DNA of 64,000 nucleotides. Source: Bacteroidota bacterium. GTDB taxonomy: Bacteria; Bacteroidota; Ignavibacteria; UBA10030. The notes below the pieces were generated by a model. It ran no database searches, was not told the origin of the DNA, and worked only from the letters and a program-made list of their open reading frames with translations. Every line of letters begins with the position of its first letter. Within the stretch, counting starts at the first letter, position 1. The stretch lies in the NCBI GenBank assembly GCA_050015675.1, contig JBEKAY010000013.1, positions 2,734 to 66,733 on the forward strand. Reading direction: 5' to 3'. A program made the translations under genes and the position numbers. This document shows, piece after piece, positions 60,526 through 64,000 of the stretch.

Positions 60526-60602
60526 CAATATATAGGAAATTGGCAGCAGAACGTACGAATATCCCATCGGAAAATTTCTCAGATTCTATTAGAAAAATCA
60601 TG

Positions 60603-60623
60603 CCCTCTCCTCGCAGGAGAGGG
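60603..60623 (+). other. GC-rich perfect stem-loop (ccctctcc-tcgca-ggagaggg) followed by gagggt tandem
   Basis: 8-bp perfect stem, no U-tract; between ORF6N and M28 genes. Confidence 0.3.
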
Positions 60624-60641
60624 TGAGGGTGAGGTCAATGA

Positions 60642-62963
60642 ATGGCACTATCGAAAAACATATTGTGTAGTTACAAGAATGGAGCTTTTATGAAATTTTT
60701 CCTCACCCTTCTTTTTATCATTCCATCTCTCTATTCACAGACACAATTTTCATCGGATAGCGCACTCTCCTATCTTAAAACTATTTCTGTTACAATTGGT
60801 GCGCGGCCAATGGGCTCGCCGAATGAACGACGGGCGATGATGTTTGCACTCGGCAAATTTCGCGAGTTCGGATTGAACGAAACGTCTTTAATGGAAATAC
60901 CTACCGCTGAAAACGATATGACACGTTCAGTAGTCAACACAAAGAGCGGTGTCGCAATCGGCGTGCTGCGTGGAAAAACAAGTCGCATCATTGTTATCGG
61001 CGGGCATATCGATTCCGCAGGGCCAAACATCCCCGGTGCAAATGATGACGGATCAGGTGCTGCATCTGTTATAGAGCTTGCCCGCGTTCTATCAAAAGAT
61101 CAACATCAATCCACAATTATTTTCTGCCTCTTCGGCGGCGAAGAAGCAGGACTTGTTGGCTCAAAATATTTTGTTCAACATTTTCCACATCTCGATAGCA
61201 CCGCGCTCATGCTGCAATTAGATATGGCAAACGGCACCTGTTGGTTAATTCCTACGATAGAGAGCAAAAAAGGGAATACTCCGGTTTGGCTTGTGCAGGC
61301 AGCGTACGAAGAATTTAACAAACTCGGCTACTCAAGCTTATCATATCCCACACATTTTTTTACGTCGATGAGTTCTTTACCGGGCGGAGGTGTTGGTTCT
61401 GATCACGAGCCTTTTTTAGAAAAGAATATTCCTGCCATCGACTTCACCTCTAATTTAAACGACCCGATCCACACACCGCAGGACGACTTCGAGCATTTTA
61501 AACCCAACGGTTTAAAACAAAGCGGCGATCTTGTGAATGCACTCGTTCACCGGTTTGATAATGGTGTGCCGGCAGAAAAAATCGGCAGTTATTATCTTCT
61601 GCAAATTGGGAACCATCTGCTCTTTCTTCCCATCTGGCTATTGTCTGCCTTTATTGCTCTTTCAATCATCATGGCACTCGGTGTTCTCCTCGTTGTTCGA
61701 AAGCGACGAACTGAAACGGAAAGAAGCCAGCGGCCTAAAGTTCCGGCGCTCAAACTTTTTCTATTCGCGTTCATTATTCAGTCCTTTGTATGGCTTTCGG
61801 AAAATGTTGTCGGGCTTCTCAAGGGCGTGCGCTATCCCTGGATTGCGCAACCGGAAGGATATTTCGTACTTGGATTTTTTGCCGCCCTCTTGGGAATTGC
61901 TCTCTCGCTCAAACTCACCCCGCGAATTCGACTGAGTCACGACCCGTACCGATGGTTTCTCCGTATTGTTGTCTTCCTCTTCATATTTATATTTCTTTTT
62001 TCATTAATCGATACAAAGGTGGCATTGTATCCGACAATTGCGCTTTTCTTCCTTGCACTCGCAATGATTGTTCGTCAACCATGGCTGAAGCTTCTCTTCT
62101 GGTTTATCTCGCCGCATTTTATGTTCCGATTAATGTTTTCAGAAGGATTCGTTTTTCTTGGACGAACTATGGCGTTGCATGCCACTCAATTGACTTGGAT
62201 GTACGTTGCTTTGAACATTTTCTATATTTTGTTCTTTGCGCTTTGGTCGTTTCCGTTTTTGCTTGGTTTTGCTGCAATCTATTACGACTGCGGCATCAAT
62301 CTATTATGGCTGAAACAATGGCGATCGCGAAGCGGGCTTATTGCTTTCTGTGCATTGTTTCTGCTCTGTGGAATAACTCTTCTGTTCATTCCATCTTATT
62401 CCGATGAATGGCGGCAAAGTATCGCAATCAATCAGACATTGGATTTGAACACTGGAAAAGGAAAGGTGCTGCTGAAAAGCAGCGAGTATCTCAAAAACCT
62501 CTGTGTGCATCTTGCCGATAAAGACACAAACATTTCATCGTGGGATCGAGAACTTCTTCTCAAGGAATTTACATTTGATCGAATACCTTGGATTCATATT
62601 GAGCATACTAACATTATTTCTTCAGACTCAAATACGACATTTGATATATTGGCGAAAGTTCACTTCAAATATCGTCCGATTAATTTCACCCTCACATACA
62701 GCGCTGGGAAGAACAAAATTGATAATGTTTCCTCAACGGACGTTGCAAATATAACAGATCATGCTGTATCCTTGCGCTGGCAATCTCTTCCGGATACAGT
62801 AATGATGATACCGATTCATTTTAGTGTGGCAAAGGCAGACAGCGTTACAGAGACGATCGAGGCAAAGTTTACGGAGATGATAGAGCCCGTACGCATTGAG
62901 AAAGAGCTTACCAATATCATACCTCAAACAACATTGCAGCGGACAGAAGTCATTAAACGATAA
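60642..62963 (+). CDS. M28-family metallopeptidase fused to a polytopic membrane domain
   Basis: M28 zinc-ligand region GGHIDSAGPNIPGANDDGSGAASVIELAR...GGEEAGLVGS; more than 9 TM helices in the C-terminal half. Confidence 0.8.
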   Translation: MALSKNILCSYKNGAFMKFFLTLLFIIPSLYSQTQFSSDSALSYLKTISVTIGARPMGSPNERRAMMFALGKFREFGLNETSLMEIPTAENDMTRSVVNTKSGVAIGVLRGKTSRIIVIGGHIDSAGPNIPGANDDGSGAASVIELARVLSKDQHQSTIIFCLFGGEEAGLVGSKYFVQHFPHLDSTALMLQLDMANGTCWLIPTIESKKGNTPVWLVQAAYEEFNKLGYSSLSYPTHFFTSMSSLPGGGVGSDHEPFLEKNIPAIDFTSNLNDPIHTPQDDFEHFKPNGLKQSGDLVNALVHRFDNGVPAEKIGSYYLLQIGNHLLFLPIWLLSAFIALSIIMALGVLLVVRKRRTETERSQRPKVPALKLFLFAFIIQSFVWLSENVVGLLKGVRYPWIAQPEGYFVLGFFAALLGIALSLKLTPRIRLSHDPYRWFLRIVVFLFIFIFLFSLIDTKVALYPTIALFFLALAMIVRQPWLKLLFWFISPHFMFRLMFSEGFVFLGRTMALHATQLTWMYVALNIFYILFFALWSFPFLLGFAAIYYDCGINLLWLKQWRSRSGLIAFCALFLLCGITLLFIPSYSDEWRQSIAINQTLDLNTGKGKVLLKSSEYLKNLCVHLADKDTNISSWDRELLLKEFTFDRIPWIHIEHTNIISSDSNTTFDILAKVHFKYRPINFTLTYSAGKNKIDNVSSTDVANITDHAVSLRWQSLPDTVMMIPIHFSVAKADSVTETIEAKFTEMIEPVRIEKELTNIIPQTTLQRTEVIKR

Positions 62964-63050
62964 TGGCGTAAATCGTTTTTATTTCAGTGGAAGGCGATAC
63001 CTCTCCGACCGCTTTTAGCGATCGGAGAGGTAATAGAAAGATCATCTAAG

Positions 63051-64000
63051 TTACCTTCTGTGTAAAAGCGCTACGTTCTCAATGTGGAACGTATGCGGAA
63101 ACATATCTACCGGTTGAAGTTTGATCAACTGATATTTTTCAGTACAAAGTAATTTCACATCGCGCGCCTGCGTTGCAGGATTACAGCTCACATACACGAT
63201 GCGCTCCGGTGCCAGTCCAAGAATTTCCTCTACAACTTTAGGATGCATACCGTTACGGGGTGGATCGATGACAAGAACATCCGGTTTCCGGTGAGACGAC
63301 ATCCACGATGTATCTTTGGTCAGCCGATCTTTTAAATCTCCAAGCAAGAAATGGCAATTCGTAATACCATTTGATTGCGCATTTTTTTCAGCATCACGAA
63401 TCGCACTCTCAACAGACTCAATACCAACAACTTCCTTCACTGAATCCGAAATGAAAATAGCAATAGAACCTGTGCCAGAATAAAGATCGAACACAACATC
63501 CGTCGATTTGAGTTCACCAAATTCTTTTACCACACCATAGAGTTTCTCTGCCTGTGCTACGTTTGTCTGAAAGAATGAACTTGCTGAGATAGAGAAATTA
63601 TGATTGCCCAACCGTTCATGAATCCATCCATTGCCGAGATAGATATTTTCTGTTTCCCCAAATGCAATTTGTGCTTTCTTGCTGTTAATTGTGTTCACTA
63701 CAGTAGTCACTTGCTCAACATTCGCCTTCAATTCTGCCGCATATTGTTTCATCACATCCGAACGATTTTCGAATGTCACGAGATTTGCCATCACTTCTTT
63801 TGTCTTCTTGTCCCGTTGTACGGGATTCCGTACAGCGGAACTTTCGCGAATAACAAGGAAGCGGAGATAACCGCTGTTGCGATCCGAATCATATACGTTA
63901 AGATGATTCCGCCGGGCAAAGTCGCGAGTGAAATTTAAAATATGATTGGAAACAATAGACTGCAAATGACATTCATCAATATCCAGAACTTTATCGTAGC
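63051..64000 (-). CDS. 23S rRNA (uracil-5)-methyltransferase RlmD/RumA family (partial; N-terminus beyond window end)
   Basis: SAM motif DLYSGTGSIA; C-terminal DVLVIDPPRNG...YVSCNP; the frame stays open to the window edge. Confidence 0.8.
   Translation of the reverse strand, partial: YDKVLDIDECHLQSIVSNHILNFTRDFARRNHLNVYDSDRNSGYLRFLVIRESSAVRNPVQRDKKTKEVMANLVTFENRSDVMKQYAAELKANVEQVTTVVNTINSKKAQIAFGETENIYLGNGWIHERLGNHNFSISASSFFQTNVAQAEKLYGVVKEFGELKSTDVVFDLYSGTGSIAIFISDSVKEVVGIESVESAIRDAEKNAQSNGITNCHFLLGDLKDRLTKDTSWMSSHRKPDVLVIDPPRNGMHPKVVEEILGLAPERIVYVSCNPATQARDVKLLCTEKYQLIKLQPVDMFPHTFHIENVALLHRR

Overview
This 64 kb window is a bacterial chromosomal segment of about 42% GC. Gene content and a widespread palindromic repeat family suggest an FCB-group organism (Bacteroidota, Ignavibacteria or Chlorobi-like), though this is a low-confidence guess. 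Left to right: (1) a type I restriction-modification locus (hsdM-hsdS-[GIY-YIG cassette]-hsdR, minus strand) with two small unknown ORFs downstream and a DUF4143-type AAA ATPase upstream; (2) a tightly coupled six-gene plus-strand cassette of nucleotidyltransferase, B12-binding radical SAM enzyme, two SAM methyltransferases, ABC exporter and a membrane-anchored TadA-like deaminase; (3) glycosyltransferases (GT4, GT9) and an srsABC-like type III PKS / methyltransferase / FAD-oxidoreductase trio; (4) a partly decayed surface-polysaccharide locus with a complete WbpA/B/D/E-type UDP-2,3-diacetamido-sugar pathway, a GT2 pseudogene and a frameshifted GT-B/epimerase-like gene, ending at tRNA-Leu(CAG); (5) a two-component system followed by two distinct glutamate dehydrogenases flanking a 1000-aa receiver + PEP/pyruvate-binding (PPDK_N ATP-grasp) protein and a zinc-ribbon ORF; (6) 2-hydroxyacid dehydrogenase, PAS hybrid kinase, ABC-F ATPase, XdhC remnant, CheY-like regulator + MBL hydrolase, GT4 + GT39 transferases, frameshifted TlpA-like oxidoreductase, serine hydrolase; (7) ECF sigma / anti-sigma with two tandem DUF4097 beta-helix proteins; (8) DUF1028-TPR protein, alpha/beta hydrolase, ORF6N protein, M28 peptidase-membrane fusion and a partial RlmD-type rRNA methyltransferase. 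No rRNA, CRISPR array, integrase or transposase is visible. The most unusual items are the NTase-rSAM-MT-MT-ABC-deaminase cassette, the REC-PPDK_N/Zn-ribbon/GDH operon and the GIY-YIG cassette inside the hsd operon.
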